Part shown: positions 52,431 through 62,563 of the stretch, piece by piece | Position numbering within the stretch: the stretch's first letter is position 1 | Layout of the letters: each line of letters begins with the position of its first letter | Source of the DNA: Thermodesulfobacteriota bacterium | Lineage (GTDB): Bacteria > Desulfobacterota_D > UBA1144 > Nemesobacterales > JAJCZQ01 | Direction of reading: 5' to 3' | NCBI GenBank assembly: GCA_965203965.1 | Contig: CBDBDR010000017.1 | Span: forward strand, 1,344,001-1,408,000 | Length of the DNA: 64,000 bases | Made by a program: the position numbers and the translations under genes | Notes under the pieces: model-generated | The model's database searches: none | The model's input: only the letters and a program-made list of their open reading frames with translations | What the model was told of the DNA's origin: nothing

Positions 52431-53612
52431 TTACTTGTATAACTCACTCACAGGAATGATGCGGACTTCCTGAGATATATTAGGTATTTCTTCTTTCATT
52501 GCCTCTATGGTTTGAGGGTAGGTATGACATATACCTACTGAATATCCGTTTTTCTTTGATTTTCTCACCAGTTTCCTTAACTGTTTTTTAACGTAGTTCT
52601 TACCTTTTTTCTTATCGTCCAGAAATATATCCCTTTTTGCTGTTTTCAAGCCCAACTCCTTTGCGATAGTATAACCTTTTGAATGAGGAGTTGTCAGACT
52701 ATCAACAAAAAGTAGATTCTTTTCCTTTAATTTATTCAAGACCAGACGCATTAATTCGTCGTTTTCTGTGAATTTTGATCCCATGTGATTATTTAATCCC
52801 ACAACACCTGGCAAAAAGGATAAATTACGATCCAGGGTTTTAACAATGGTTTCCTTTGTTTGACCCACAAGTAACACTCCGTACCCAGCATCATCACCAC
52901 TATAGCCTGAATCAATTCTTGGCTCCATAGGTTGATGGAGGAGAATGTCCATATTGTTTTCTCTTGCTTTTTCAACAGCGTATGAAGTGAATGGTCTGTT
53001 TGGAAGTATAGCAAAAGTGAAGTTGTTTGAAATGCCTATCAGATCGTTTATCGCTTTTTTACTTATGCCTACATCATCAACTATTATGGAAATTTTGGAC
53101 TTTTTCCCAAACTCCCCTATCGGTTTTGTTTCAGGAGCATGCTTTTTGTATATGAATTCAAAGAAGTGTGTGTCATATCTATCAATGTTTATCTTGGCTA
53201 TGTATGACCTGCCTTTGGATTCAGTGCTCAGAGATACGCCATCCATTTTTTCCAGTTTGCTGAAAGCTCTTGTTATGTCATTCTTGGAGTAGTTTCTGTT
53301 CAGCTTTATAGTTTTCTTTTTAGTGATCCATACCTTGCCGTTTTTACTGCTCTTGTGAGTGGTTTCTTTTACAATATCTTTGCTTGGAATATTAAGCTCA
53401 AAAAATACTTTATAAAGCGACTTGTCCACCTTTTCTATTTTGGAATTGAGAGGAAGTTCGCCTTTTAAGTATAAGTAATACCCACCATATAGAAGGGCTC
53501 CCGTTAGCACAATAAAAATGGAAACTATTGTGATCAGTCTGGTATTTGATATTTTTAGATCTATTCTTGTCTTGCGTGATCTGGTTGTTCTTCTATTTGT
53601 TTTTCTGGTCAA
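52431..53612 (-). CDS. Divergent polysaccharide deacetylase (YibQ-like), membrane anchored
   Basis: IIVDDVG, TFAILP, LLHQPMEP, GLNNHMGS, FVDSLT, RDIFLD, GICH. Confidence 0.92.
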   Translation of the reverse strand: MTRKTNRRTTRSRKTRIDLKISNTRLITIVSIFIVLTGALLYGGYYLYLKGELPLNSKIEKVDKSLYKVFFELNIPSKDIVKETTHKSSKNGKVWITKKKTIKLNRNYSKNDITRAFSKLEKMDGVSLSTESKGRSYIAKINIDRYDTHFFEFIYKKHAPETKPIGEFGKKSKISIIVDDVGISKKAINDLIGISNNFTFAILPNRPFTSYAVEKARENNMDILLHQPMEPRIDSGYSGDDAGYGVLLVGQTKETIVKTLDRNLSFLPGVVGLNNHMGSKFTENDELMRLVLNKLKEKNLLFVDSLTTPHSKGYTIAKELGLKTAKRDIFLDDKKKGKNYVKKQLRKLVRKSKKNGYSVGICHTYPQTIEAMKEEIPNISQEVRIIPVSELYK

Positions 53613-53638
53613 ATTTTTATGTTCCTATATGCAGAAAG

Positions 53639-54760
53639 CTAATTGGATTTTTTTATTATGTTGAAGGCAGTTTCAAGTTGCTGATCCTCTTTGTTTACAT
53701 TTTTTACAGCAATATCCGGTTCTATCCCAACGTTATTTATAGTGCTTCCGTTGGGCGTGTAGAATTTTGCGGTTGTGAGTTTAACGCCCGAACCATCATT
53801 TAACTCTATTATGGTTTGCACGGAGCCTTTGCCAAAGGTTCTTTCCCCCAGAATTTTCGCAACCCCATTGTCTTTAAGTGCACCTGCCAGAACTTCCGAT
53901 GCGCTGGCACTGCCATTGTTTACAAGCACCAGGGTATTTTGAAGGTTTATTTTTTTACCGGGATTTGCATAGTAGTCCTTTGATTGATCTCCATTCCTGC
54001 CCTTTACACTTACAATCAAGTCCTTATTGATAAAATCATCAGCTATTTCAATTGCTTGATCTAGAAGTCCGCCGGGATTGTCTCTTAAGTCAATTATCAA
54101 ACCTTTTAGGTTATTGCCACTTTTTTTGTTCAATAGTTTATAGGAATTCAGAAAATCACTATGGGAGTTTTTCTGAAACTGTATTAATTTTATGTATGCA
54201 ATATTACCTTCAAGCATTTTCTGTTTAATGCTGTTCAATTTTATCTTATCCCGCTTCAAATTGTATTCCTTTATTTCATTGCTTGACGGGGAATAAACCT
54301 TCAAGTTCAGAACTGAATCCACCGTCCCCCTCAACACCTTTACCACTTCATAAGAGATCATTCCCTCTGTGGATTTGCCGTCAACGTATACTATCACGTC
54401 CCCAGATTTAATACCTGCTTTTGAAGCTGGTGTGTCCTCAATAGCTGAAACTACCGTAAGCTCGCCGTTTTTGTCGGTAACCTCTATTCCAATCCCTCCG
54501 AATTCACCATAAGCATCAATTTCAAGTTCTTTGAACTGATCAGGACGAAGGTAAATTGAATAGGGGTCAAGATTTTGAAGCATTCCCCTAATTGCATTTT
54601 CTGTGAGTTCATTGGGATTTACTTCCTCTATATAGCTGTTTTCAATGAGGTCAATTACCTTTGTCAGGTTGGATAATCCCCTGTATGTATCCTCACTCGC
54701 ATTTGAGTGGAAATTAAAAAGTAAGAACAGCAATACCGATATTATTAGTTTTCTACTCAT
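53639..54760 (-). CDS. S41 C-terminal processing protease (CtpA-like)
   Basis: LDPYS, PDZ GGIGI, DLRDNPGGLL, SASASE, TFGKG.VQ, GI.PD. Confidence 0.95.
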   Translation of the reverse strand: MSRKLIISVLLFLLFNFHSNASEDTYRGLSNLTKVIDLIENSYIEEVNPNELTENAIRGMLQNLDPYSIYLRPDQFKELEIDAYGEFGGIGIEVTDKNGELTVVSAIEDTPASKAGIKSGDVIVYVDGKSTEGMISYEVVKVLRGTVDSVLNLKVYSPSSNEIKEYNLKRDKIKLNSIKQKMLEGNIAYIKLIQFQKNSHSDFLNSYKLLNKKSGNNLKGLIIDLRDNPGGLLDQAIEIADDFINKDLIVSVKGRNGDQSKDYYANPGKKINLQNTLVLVNNGSASASEVLAGALKDNGVAKILGERTFGKGSVQTIIELNDGSGVKLTTAKFYTPNGSTINNVGIEPDIAVKNVNKEDQQLETAFNIIKKSN

Positions 54761-54845
54761 TTTCCTCTATGTGAACTTTGTCTGCATTTAACTATACTAC
54801 ACTGATTTTTTCTGTTATCTTACCCAAGTTATAATTATAAATTAA

Positions 54846-55064
54846 ATGGCACAGATACTGCAAAACATACTGAAAACACTTATTGAGAGTTTTCAGATAA
54901 ACATAATCAAATTTTCAAAAGACTGGTTTATTCTGACCAGGATTTTATTATACACTGGTGCTGCATTAATTTACTTGATAGCTTTTATCGTCCTTGCATC
55001 CGTTACGTTAATAATACTAGTTATAGCTGCACCCGTATCAATATTATACAAGTTCTTTTTTTGA
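54846..55064 (+). CDS. Small hypothetical membrane protein
   Basis: 72 aa with a long hydrophobic C-terminal segment; TATAAT shortly upstream. Confidence 0.5.
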   Translation: MAQILQNILKTLIESFQINIIKFSKDWFILTRILLYTGAALIYLIAFIVLASVTLIILVIAAPVSILYKFFF

Positions 55065-55105
55065 CATATTTTTTCAGGCTGTTTTGTGGGATTAGCGGGA
55101 GTAAT

Positions 55106-55849
55106 ATGAGAGCTAAAAGGATTATAAACAAGAGGAATGTTCCCGGTCACGTGGCAGTAATAATGGATGGTAACGGAAGGTGGGCAGAAGACCGCAATCT
55201 TGAAAGAATTGACGGGCACAAGGAAGGGATGAAGTCGGTCAATTCAATAGTTAAAGCAAGTAAGGAAATCGGTATAAAATATATTACGCTTTTTGCTTTT
55301 TCTGCACAGAACTGGAAACGCTCTGAAAAAGAGGTTGTTGCACTAATGGATATGTTGAAGCATTTCTTGCTTCAAGAACATCCAAAACTGGTTGAACGTG
55401 ACATAAGGCTTAATGCAATTGGCAGGTTGACACAGCTTCCGGAGGAAGTGCGTGGAGTTCTAGATGAGGTAGTGAAAAATACCAGAAAATGCAAGTCAAT
55501 GGTTCTGACTTTGGCTTTAAGCTACGGAGGAAGGGAGGAAATAGTAGATGTTGCCAAATCAATAGCAAAGAAAAAATGCAAGCCCGGCAGCATTGATGAA
55601 AAAATGATAGTCAGGCATCTTTACACGTCTGACCTGCCCGACCCCGATCTCCTGATTAGAACCAGCGGGGAGATGAGAATTTCAAATTTTTTACTGTGGC
55701 AGTCAGCATACGCGGAAATATATATAACAAAGACCCTGTGGCCAAATTTTAGAAAAAAACACTTTGTCAATGCAATTATTAATTACCAGAACAGAGAAAG
55801 AAGATTTGGTTTTACGGGAAGTCAGATCAGGAAGAAGGATCAAGTTTGA
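55106..55849 (+). CDS. uppS: Undecaprenyl diphosphate synthase
   Basis: HVAVIMDGNGRWA, FS..NW.R, YGGREEI, DLLIRTSGE.RISNFLLWQ, RERRFG. ATG 55106 with GGAG SD. Confidence 0.96.
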   Translation: MRAKRIINKRNVPGHVAVIMDGNGRWAEDRNLERIDGHKEGMKSVNSIVKASKEIGIKYITLFAFSAQNWKRSEKEVVALMDMLKHFLLQEHPKLVERDIRLNAIGRLTQLPEEVRGVLDEVVKNTRKCKSMVLTLALSYGGREEIVDVAKSIAKKKCKPGSIDEKMIVRHLYTSDLPDPDLLIRTSGEMRISNFLLWQSAYAEIYITKTLWPNFRKKHFVNAIINYQNRERRFGFTGSQIRKKDQV

Positions 55850-57000
55850 AAAAAGTATCAATTCTCGGGTCAACAGGCTCAGTTGGAATTCAAACACTTG
55901 AAGTAATAGAACTTTTTCCCGATAAATTCAAGATTTCAGGCTTGTCCGCGGGCAAAAATATTCACCTGCTGAAAAAACAGGTGGAAAAATACAAGCCACC
56001 TATTGTGGCAGTTGAGAACGAGGAATGCGCCAGGGAACTGAAAAAGTTGTTGAATAGCGGAAATACGGAAATTCTTTATGGTCAGGAAGGTTGCATGGAG
56101 ATTGCCTCACTACCAGAAGTTGATACCGTTGTATCATCAATTGTGGGTTCGGCAGGGTTAATTCCAACTTTTGCCGCAATCAAGGCAGGTAAAGACGTCT
56201 GCCTTGCCAACAAGGAGTCGCTTGTTGTTGCTGGCGATCTACTGATTAAAGAAGCTGCTGAATCAAATTCAAATATATTACCTGTTGACAGTGAGCATAG
56301 TGCTATATTTCAGGCTCTTAACGGTTCTAATATTAAAGACGTCAGAAGACTGATTATTACTGCATCAGGAGGTCCTTTGAGGGATGTTCCAAGGGAGAAG
56401 TTTGATGAGATTACATTGGAAGATGCTTTGAATCACCCCACGTGGAAGATGGGTAAAAAGATCACAATAGACTCCGCCACATTGATGAACAAAGGCTTTG
56501 AGTTGATAGAGGCGAGGTGGTTGTTCAACATACCTGTTGATTGTATTTCAGTCTGGATTCACCCGCAGAGTATAGTTCACTCAATGGTTGAATACGTTGA
56601 TGGCTCAATAATATCTCAGTTGAGCCTTCCTGATATGAAGATACCAATATCCTATGCGCTTTCTTATCCACAAAGATTGCCAATAAAAAACGTGGTTTCA
56701 AAACCAATTGATTTTACAAATCTGACGTTTGAGGAAGTGGACTATGACAAATTTTCAGCTTTGCCTCTTGCCATTGATGCCATTAATGAAGGTGGAACTA
56801 TGCCCTGCGTTATGAGTGCGGCAAATGAAGTAGCTGTAGAGGCTTTTCTGAATAAAAGGATTGGTTACATTGGAATTACAGAACTAATTGCGAAAGTTAT
56901 GGAAATTCACGATAAAAAAGATATTTTTACAATTGAAGACGTTATACAGTCTGATAACTGGGCACGATTTCATGCCAGTTGTTTAATAGGAGAGAGATGA
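55846..57000 (+). CDS. dxr: 1-deoxy-D-xylulose-5-phosphate reductoisomerase
   Basis: LGSTGSVG, LANKE, PVDSEHSA, TASGGP, HPTWKMG.KITIDSATLMNKG.E. Confidence 0.97.
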   Translation: MKKVSILGSTGSVGIQTLEVIELFPDKFKISGLSAGKNIHLLKKQVEKYKPPIVAVENEECARELKKLLNSGNTEILYGQEGCMEIASLPEVDTVVSSIVGSAGLIPTFAAIKAGKDVCLANKESLVVAGDLLIKEAAESNSNILPVDSEHSAIFQALNGSNIKDVRRLIITASGGPLRDVPREKFDEITLEDALNHPTWKMGKKITIDSATLMNKGFELIEARWLFNIPVDCISVWIHPQSIVHSMVEYVDGSIISQLSLPDMKIPISYALSYPQRLPIKNVVSKPIDFTNLTFEEVDYDKFSALPLAIDAINEGGTMPCVMSAANEVAVEAFLNKRIGYIGITELIAKVMEIHDKKDIFTIEDVIQSDNWARFHASCLIGER

Positions 57001-58592
57001 CGATGTTTTTACTAGCATTTTTGTTTGTAATTGGAATTCTGGTTTTCGTTCATGAGCTTGGACATTTTCTGGTTGCTAAATGGCAAGGCGTTAGAGTGGA
57101 AAAGTTCTCGCTTGGTTTTGGTAAAAAACTAATAGGATTTACAAGAGGTGATACTGAATATCTCATTTGTGCCCTTCCACTTGGTGGTTATGTGAAAATG
57201 TATGGAGAGGGGTCAGAGAGTATTATCATAGATAAGGTCAAGGATGGTTCAAATGCTCAAAGGGGGGGATTTTGTTCCGGTGATAGAATAGTAAAAGCAG
57301 GTGAAATAGATTTAAAGTCCATCTCCACCTGGTCACAACTGTTGTTCAAGATAAATGGCATCCCTGATGAAAAGTGTTCAATTGAGTTGGAAAGAGACGG
57401 TAATACAGTCTCGATCCAGGCAAATGCGGAAGATCTTGATGGAATAACGGGTTACACGGAAAAAGAATATCCGAGAGGTTTTTCCAACAAAAGCATATTG
57501 TCGAGATTCCTTATAGTCATGGCTGGCCCCATGATGAATTTTGTGCTGCCGTTTTTCTTTTTACCGCTTGCTTTTATGATTGGGATTCAGGTGCCCTCTT
57601 ATCTGGAAAAAGCTCCCGTGATTGGTTACGTCAGCCCGAGTTCATCTGCTGATAGATCAGGCTTTGAAATTGATGACGAAATTATCTCGGTAAATGGTAA
57701 AGCGGTTAAAGACTGGCGAGAGGTGATTATTGCCTTCCATTCAAATCCGGATTCAATTCTTAGCGTTGAAGTTGAGAGAAACAATGAGATTAAAAATCTG
57801 AACCTAAAAGTGTTGGCAGCAGAAGACATTCTTACCTCTGTTGGATTGTCTGAGCCGATACCTGCAAAAGTAGGGTCTGTAAATCCGGGATTTCCTGCGC
57901 AAAAATCAGGTTTACAAAGAGGGGATCTGATAATAAAAATTGACAACAAAAATATAAAGGGCTGGACAAACATGTCCGAGGTAATAGAGAAAAAAGCAGG
58001 TGAGCAGGTACTTATAACCGTTGACAGGCAGGGAGAGACATTGGAATTTAAATTGACACCTGAAGTCAATCCACAGACTAACAGGGGTGTGATAGGTATA
58101 ACGCTGTACAGAGAACAAATAACAAAAAAATACGGGATTTTTGAATCTGTAACAAATGGGGTTTTTAAAGCGGTGAATATGCTCGAGGAAGTTACAGTGG
58201 GTTTCTTTGGATTTTTATTCAAGTTATTTACTGGAGGAATATCACTCAGCACAGCTGGTAATAGTGTCGCAGGTCCCCTGTTTATTGCCAAACTATCAGG
58301 TAGTGTGGCACAAATCGGATTTGGACAGCTTTTGCAGTTCATATCATTTATCAGTATCAATCTTGCGATAATTAACCTGCTTCCCATCCCGGTTCTTGAC
58401 GGGGGGCATATACTTTTTCTTTTGTTGGAAAAAATCAAAGGCAGATCTTTGAGCAATAAGACTCTGGAAATTACCCAGAGGGTTGGTTTTTCCCTTTTGA
58501 TCTTTATAATGCTTCTTGCAACTTACAAAGATTTTATGAGGTTAAAGGGTGATATATTTGCCTGGTTTGATAGGCTTATACAGATTTTTTAG
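56997..58592 (+). CDS. rseP: RIP metalloprotease RseP with three PDZ-like domains
   Basis: HELGH, GFG, GGYVKM, AGP..N, two periplasmic PDZ domains, NLLPIPVLDGG; ATGA overlap with dxr. Confidence 0.95.
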   Translation: MTMFLLAFLFVIGILVFVHELGHFLVAKWQGVRVEKFSLGFGKKLIGFTRGDTEYLICALPLGGYVKMYGEGSESIIIDKVKDGSNAQRGGFCSGDRIVKAGEIDLKSISTWSQLLFKINGIPDEKCSIELERDGNTVSIQANAEDLDGITGYTEKEYPRGFSNKSILSRFLIVMAGPMMNFVLPFFFLPLAFMIGIQVPSYLEKAPVIGYVSPSSSADRSGFEIDDEIISVNGKAVKDWREVIIAFHSNPDSILSVEVERNNEIKNLNLKVLAAEDILTSVGLSEPIPAKVGSVNPGFPAQKSGLQRGDLIIKIDNKNIKGWTNMSEVIEKKAGEQVLITVDRQGETLEFKLTPEVNPQTNRGVIGITLYREQITKKYGIFESVTNGVFKAVNMLEEVTVGFFGFLFKLFTGGISLSTAGNSVAGPLFIAKLSGSVAQIGFGQLLQFISFISINLAIINLLPIPVLDGGHILFLLLEKIKGRSLSNKTLEITQRVGFSLLIFIMLLATYKDFMRLKGDIFAWFDRLIQIF

Positions 58593-58630
58593 TATCTTAA
58601 TCTGAGCAATAAGAGTGGACAATTTGTAAA

Positions 58631-59047
58631 ATGGAAATTAAACAAATTCTGAAGGTCAACCAGTTGTTCTACAAAGCGCTTGGCACCAGAGATATAGACC
58701 TAATGAAAAAGATTTGGGTTAATGATCAAAAAGTTGGATGTGTGCATCCCGGATGGATAATTCTCAGGAGTTGGGATGCAATTATGCAAAGTTGGGAAAG
58801 TATTTTTGACCCAATGGATCAAGTTGATATAACAATCTCTGATATAAAAGTTAGCATTAAAGAGAATCTTGCTTGGTTGATGTGTTTGCAGGAAATGACC
58901 TATGTCAATAGGCATCCAATATCTTTTAATTTGTCTCAGTCAACAAACGTTTTTGAAAAAAATAAAGACGGTTGGAAAATGATTATTCATCACGCATCAC
59001 CTATTCCCTTGGATAATAACCAGTCTCAATATAAAAATTTACAGTGA
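58631..59047 (+). CDS. NTF2/SnoaL-like protein
   Basis: NQLFY.AL, CVHPGW, SWESIF, TNVFEK...WKMIIHHAS. Confidence 0.88.
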   Translation: MEIKQILKVNQLFYKALGTRDIDLMKKIWVNDQKVGCVHPGWIILRSWDAIMQSWESIFDPMDQVDITISDIKVSIKENLAWLMCLQEMTYVNRHPISFNLSQSTNVFEKNKDGWKMIIHHASPIPLDNNQSQYKNLQ

Positions 59048-59054
59048 GATTTTG

Positions 59055-60374
59055 CTAACTCCCATTTTTTTCTTCAACAGCTTTAGAAATAGTTTTTGTC
59101 AGCCACTTTTTAATTTTATCCTGTGTGTCTTTGCCAAGTGTTTTGCGGACTTTGCTTAAAGGTATTACTGCCTTGGCGGCAGACCTGTGTCCCCCGGCAC
59201 TGCCAATATCCCCGAAAAGATCGCGGATTAATTTCCCTGCACTTCTTACATAACCAACGTTCCTTATAGATATTACAAGATAGGTATCGGACACAATACC
59301 GAATACTACACACCATTCCATTGCTTGAACCTGTATTCCAAAATCAGCCATTTTGGGTATAAGATACTCATGCTTTATCCTGCCTAAATTTGCAAAGAAG
59401 ATATTTTTTTCTATCCAGTGATTTGCTAATGCCCGCCCGAAGCACTTTATTTCTGGTGAAGGCATGTCTTCTCTTTCTATTCTGCGAAGCAATCCGAGGT
59501 TTGCAAGAGGATAAAGAAAGGTAAAAGCCTCAATGTCTTCTGGATTTGCATCTCTGTTCAGGATTACTGTGTCGGATTTGATACCGTATAATAAAGCAGT
59601 GGAAAGACGTTCTGTGATCTCCACCTGTGCAGCTCTGAGATAATTGGTCATAATGGTTGAGGTTGCCCCGTCAACTGGGGTTATATGACTGAACTTGGCA
59701 TTGTAGTTTGAGCAATGTGGATGATGATCTATAACTGAGTCCACATCTTTAATAAGGTCGCCAAAAAAGGGTGGTTGAACATCAATCATAGATATTGAAT
59801 CATATTCCTTTAAGTTCTCGGGCTTTATTTCTAGCATAGTAATGTCAAGCAACTCTGCCATCGTAATGTTTTCAGGTCGTGAGATACTATTGCCCATGTG
59901 CGCAATTTCGGCAGTTTGACGGTTCCTTTTTAACAAGGTGCGGAGTGCAAGAGCACTTGCCATTGAATCTGGATCGGGTTGATCATGGAGGAGAATGAGC
60001 ACTTTTTTCGCCTCACTGTGGACTTTTCTGAGTTCTTCCACCATCAACTCAGTGCGTGCAAGTTTCTCTTCCTTTTTGATTTGTTGGTCAAATATATCTT
60101 CAAAATTAACAACTCTGACGTGGGTGGGAAGTCCGTCTGTTTTTTCATTACTGTTGGAGAGTATGGGTGTGTTGGGATAGTGATTTTGAAGCCCTCTAAG
60201 CAATTTGGCGTTCAATGTGTTTGGGTCAACAATTATTAACGTGAAACTGCCCGTCTGGTTCAATGCTTCATTAAAGGAGTTTACCCATACTACCTCGCCT
60301 CTCTTTGAAAAAAATCCAATCAGGATGGAGTCAAATTCACCGATAAACAGGTATCTTTTGGTGTTACCGTTCAT
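59055..60374 (-). CDS. DHH/DHHA1 phosphoesterase with receiver-like N-terminal domain
   Basis: HDQPDPDS, IDHHP, LYGIKSDT, SIR, AGGH..AA; ATGA overlap with trpA. Confidence 0.9.
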   Translation of the reverse strand: MNGNTKRYLFIGEFDSILIGFFSKRGEVVWVNSFNEALNQTGSFTLIIVDPNTLNAKLLRGLQNHYPNTPILSNSNEKTDGLPTHVRVVNFEDIFDQQIKKEEKLARTELMVEELRKVHSEAKKVLILLHDQPDPDSMASALALRTLLKRNRQTAEIAHMGNSISRPENITMAELLDITMLEIKPENLKEYDSISMIDVQPPFFGDLIKDVDSVIDHHPHCSNYNAKFSHITPVDGATSTIMTNYLRAAQVEITERLSTALLYGIKSDTVILNRDANPEDIEAFTFLYPLANLGLLRRIEREDMPSPEIKCFGRALANHWIEKNIFFANLGRIKHEYLIPKMADFGIQVQAMEWCVVFGIVSDTYLVISIRNVGYVRSAGKLIRDLFGDIGSAGGHRSAAKAVIPLSKVRKTLGKDTQDKIKKWLTKTISKAVEEKNGS

Positions 60375-61192
60375 AATCTGTTAATATCCGGTTTTTCTAT
60401 ACGAGCTTTGCTCAACGAGCTCACGAAATTACTAATGCTTTTTAACATCATAGCTTTATTGTTTTCATGTTCTTCAATGATCTTTACTAATGCACTACCT
60501 ACGATAACTGCATCAGCATACGAAGATATTTCTCTTACCTGTTGTGATGAAGACACTCCAAAACCAATTCCTACCGGGGTATCGGACTTCTTTTTAATCA
60601 ATTTTGTCAATGGTGCCAGAGAGTATTCCATATCGGGACGTGAACCTGTAACACCCGTTATTGAAACAAGATATATGAAACCACCTGCGTTTTCCGACAC
60701 AAGCCGTATCCTTTCCTCCGTGCTTGTTGGTGCAAGAAGAAATACCATACTCAAACCGTTTTTATCCAAGTGCTTTTTAAATTCTTCCGATTCTTCTGGA
60801 GGAAGATCAACTACCAAAATACCATCAACTCCGCATTCCTTTGCATCTCTGGCAAATTTTTCCAATCCGTAGGAAAAAAAAGGGTTGTAATAACCAAAAA
60901 GAATTAAGGGAATATCTGAAGATTTTCTTATGTTTTTTACAATTTCAAGTACGTTGTGGAGATTTGTCCCAGCCATTAGTGATCTTTCAGATGCACGCTG
61001 TATGGTGGGTCCATCTGCCATTGGATCAGAAAATGGAACTCCCAACTCAATTATATCTGCTCCACTTTTTTCCAGATTAAGCACAATGCTTTCAGTTGTC
61101 TCCAAAGAGGGGTCTCCGGTGGTTACGTAACAAACCAGAGCAGCTTTTCCGCTTCTATTGATCGAGTTAAATTTTTGCTCAACTCTATTCAT
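60371..61192 (-). CDS. trpA: Tryptophan synthase alpha subunit
   Basis: ELGVPFSDPMADGPTIQ, YYNP, VDLPPEE, GFIYLVS..GVTG, GFG, IVGSA. Confidence 0.97.
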   Translation of the reverse strand: MNRVEQKFNSINRSGKAALVCYVTTGDPSLETTESIVLNLEKSGADIIELGVPFSDPMADGPTIQRASERSLMAGTNLHNVLEIVKNIRKSSDIPLILFGYYNPFFSYGLEKFARDAKECGVDGILVVDLPPEESEEFKKHLDKNGLSMVFLLAPTSTEERIRLVSENAGGFIYLVSITGVTGSRPDMEYSLAPLTKLIKKKSDTPVGIGFGVSSSQQVREISSYADAVIVGSALVKIIEEHENNKAMMLKSISNFVSSLSKARIEKPDINRL

Positions 61193-61354
61193 TATTTTGC
61201 CAGTGGTATTGGAAGAGGATTTAGTTTTTACTTTATTTAAAACAGGTTGTCTATTTAGTTTAACAATTGAAGTTCAAGCGCTACTTTTTACAGTAACACT
61301 TAGCATGATCTCACCAGTCTCACACAAAAATTAAATATCTTTTAGGTAGCTTTG

Positions 61355-62560
61355 TCAAGATAGTCTCTCGGATTGAGTTTTAATAAAGGAGTTAATGTCT
61401 TTATCTCCTCTTCCCGACAAACAAACTACTATGACGTCTTCTTTTGACATTGTGGGGGCAATTTTCATCACTTTAGCAACTGCATGCGACGTTTCAAGTG
61501 CGGGAATGATCCCCTCTGTTCTTGACAGGAAGGAAAAGCCCTCAAGAGCTTCACTGTCTTTAACTGACGTGTATTGCACCTTCCCCTGGTCATTAAAGTA
61601 AGAGTGTTCGGGTCCAACACCCGGATAATCCAATCCTGCTGCAATTGAATGTGCTTCCTGAACCTGTCCGTATTTATCTTGCAGGAGATAAGTTTTACTG
61701 CCGTGAAGCACACCAACGGAGCCTGCGGAAATTGTTGCTGAATGCTGACTGGTCTCAATTCCGTGCCCTGCTGCTTCAACACCCAATTTTTTAACTCCAT
61801 TGTCTCCCATGAATTCGTGAAACAGTCCCATTGCATTGGATCCGCCACCGACACATGCAACAAGTAGGTTTGGTAATTTGCCTTCCACTTCCATAATTTG
61901 ATCTCTAGTTTCTTTTCCTATTACCGCCTGAAAATTTCTTACCATCATTGGGTAGGGGTGAGGCCCCGCAACACTGCCGATTATATAAAAGGTTTCCCTG
62001 ACGTTTGTTACCCAGTCTCTCATAGCTTCGTTCATTGCATCTTTTAATGTCTTTGAACCAGAAGTAACGGGACGAACTTCGGCTCCGAGCAGTTTCATAC
62101 GGAAAACGTTGATCTCCTGTCTTTTTATGTCTTCCTCACCCATGTAAACTGTGCATTCCTTATTAAAAAGGGCTGAAACCGTTGCGGTTGCCACACCGTG
62201 CTGTCCGGCGCCCGTTTCGGCAATGATCCTATTTTTATTCATCTTGTTTGCAAGAATTACCTGACCAATCGTGTTATTTATCTTATGTGCACCTGTATGG
62301 CAAATATCTTCACGTTTCAGGTAGATCTTTGCTCCTCCCAGTTGCCTGGTCATTCTTTCTGCAAAATACAGTGGAGTAGGGCGCCCCACGTATTGTTTGA
62401 GATAATGATCTATCTCCTTCTGGAAATAAGCGTTTTTCCTTGCCTCTGCGTAAGCAGTTTCAAGCTCCATAAGAGCGGGAATAAGAGTTTCAGAAACATA
62501 TCTCCCGCCGAATTTGCCAAAATGACCGTATTTGTCCGGTAGGTTTAAGTCAGTCTGCAT
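61355..62560 (-). CDS. trpB: Tryptophan synthase beta subunit
   Basis: [40 protein letters not shown]. Confidence 0.98.
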   Translation of the reverse strand: MQTDLNLPDKYGHFGKFGGRYVSETLIPALMELETAYAEARKNAYFQKEIDHYLKQYVGRPTPLYFAERMTRQLGGAKIYLKREDICHTGAHKINNTIGQVILANKMNKNRIIAETGAGQHGVATATVSALFNKECTVYMGEEDIKRQEINVFRMKLLGAEVRPVTSGSKTLKDAMNEAMRDWVTNVRETFYIIGSVAGPHPYPMMVRNFQAVIGKETRDQIMEVEGKLPNLLVACVGGGSNAMGLFHEFMGDNGVKKLGVEAAGHGIETSQHSATISAGSVGVLHGSKTYLLQDKYGQVQEAHSIAAGLDYPGVGPEHSYFNDQGKVQYTSVKDSEALEGFSFLSRTEGIIPALETSHAVAKVMKIAPTMSKEDVIVVCLSGRGDKDINSFIKTQSERLS

Positions 62561-62563
62561 TCT

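Noticed and set aside
57626..58456. 276-aa antisense ORF (likewise 28404-28964, 60408-60872 and many shorter ones)
   Set aside because: Fully overlaps a well-supported gene on the opposite strand and has no motifs; treated as shadow ORFs.
61193..61354. Short ATG ORF ending in a TGA in frame with trpA (possible readthrough or leader peptide)
   Set aside because: No Trp codons, no attenuator or SECIS-like hairpin, and the extension has no recognisable similarity; being in frame has a one-in-three chance.
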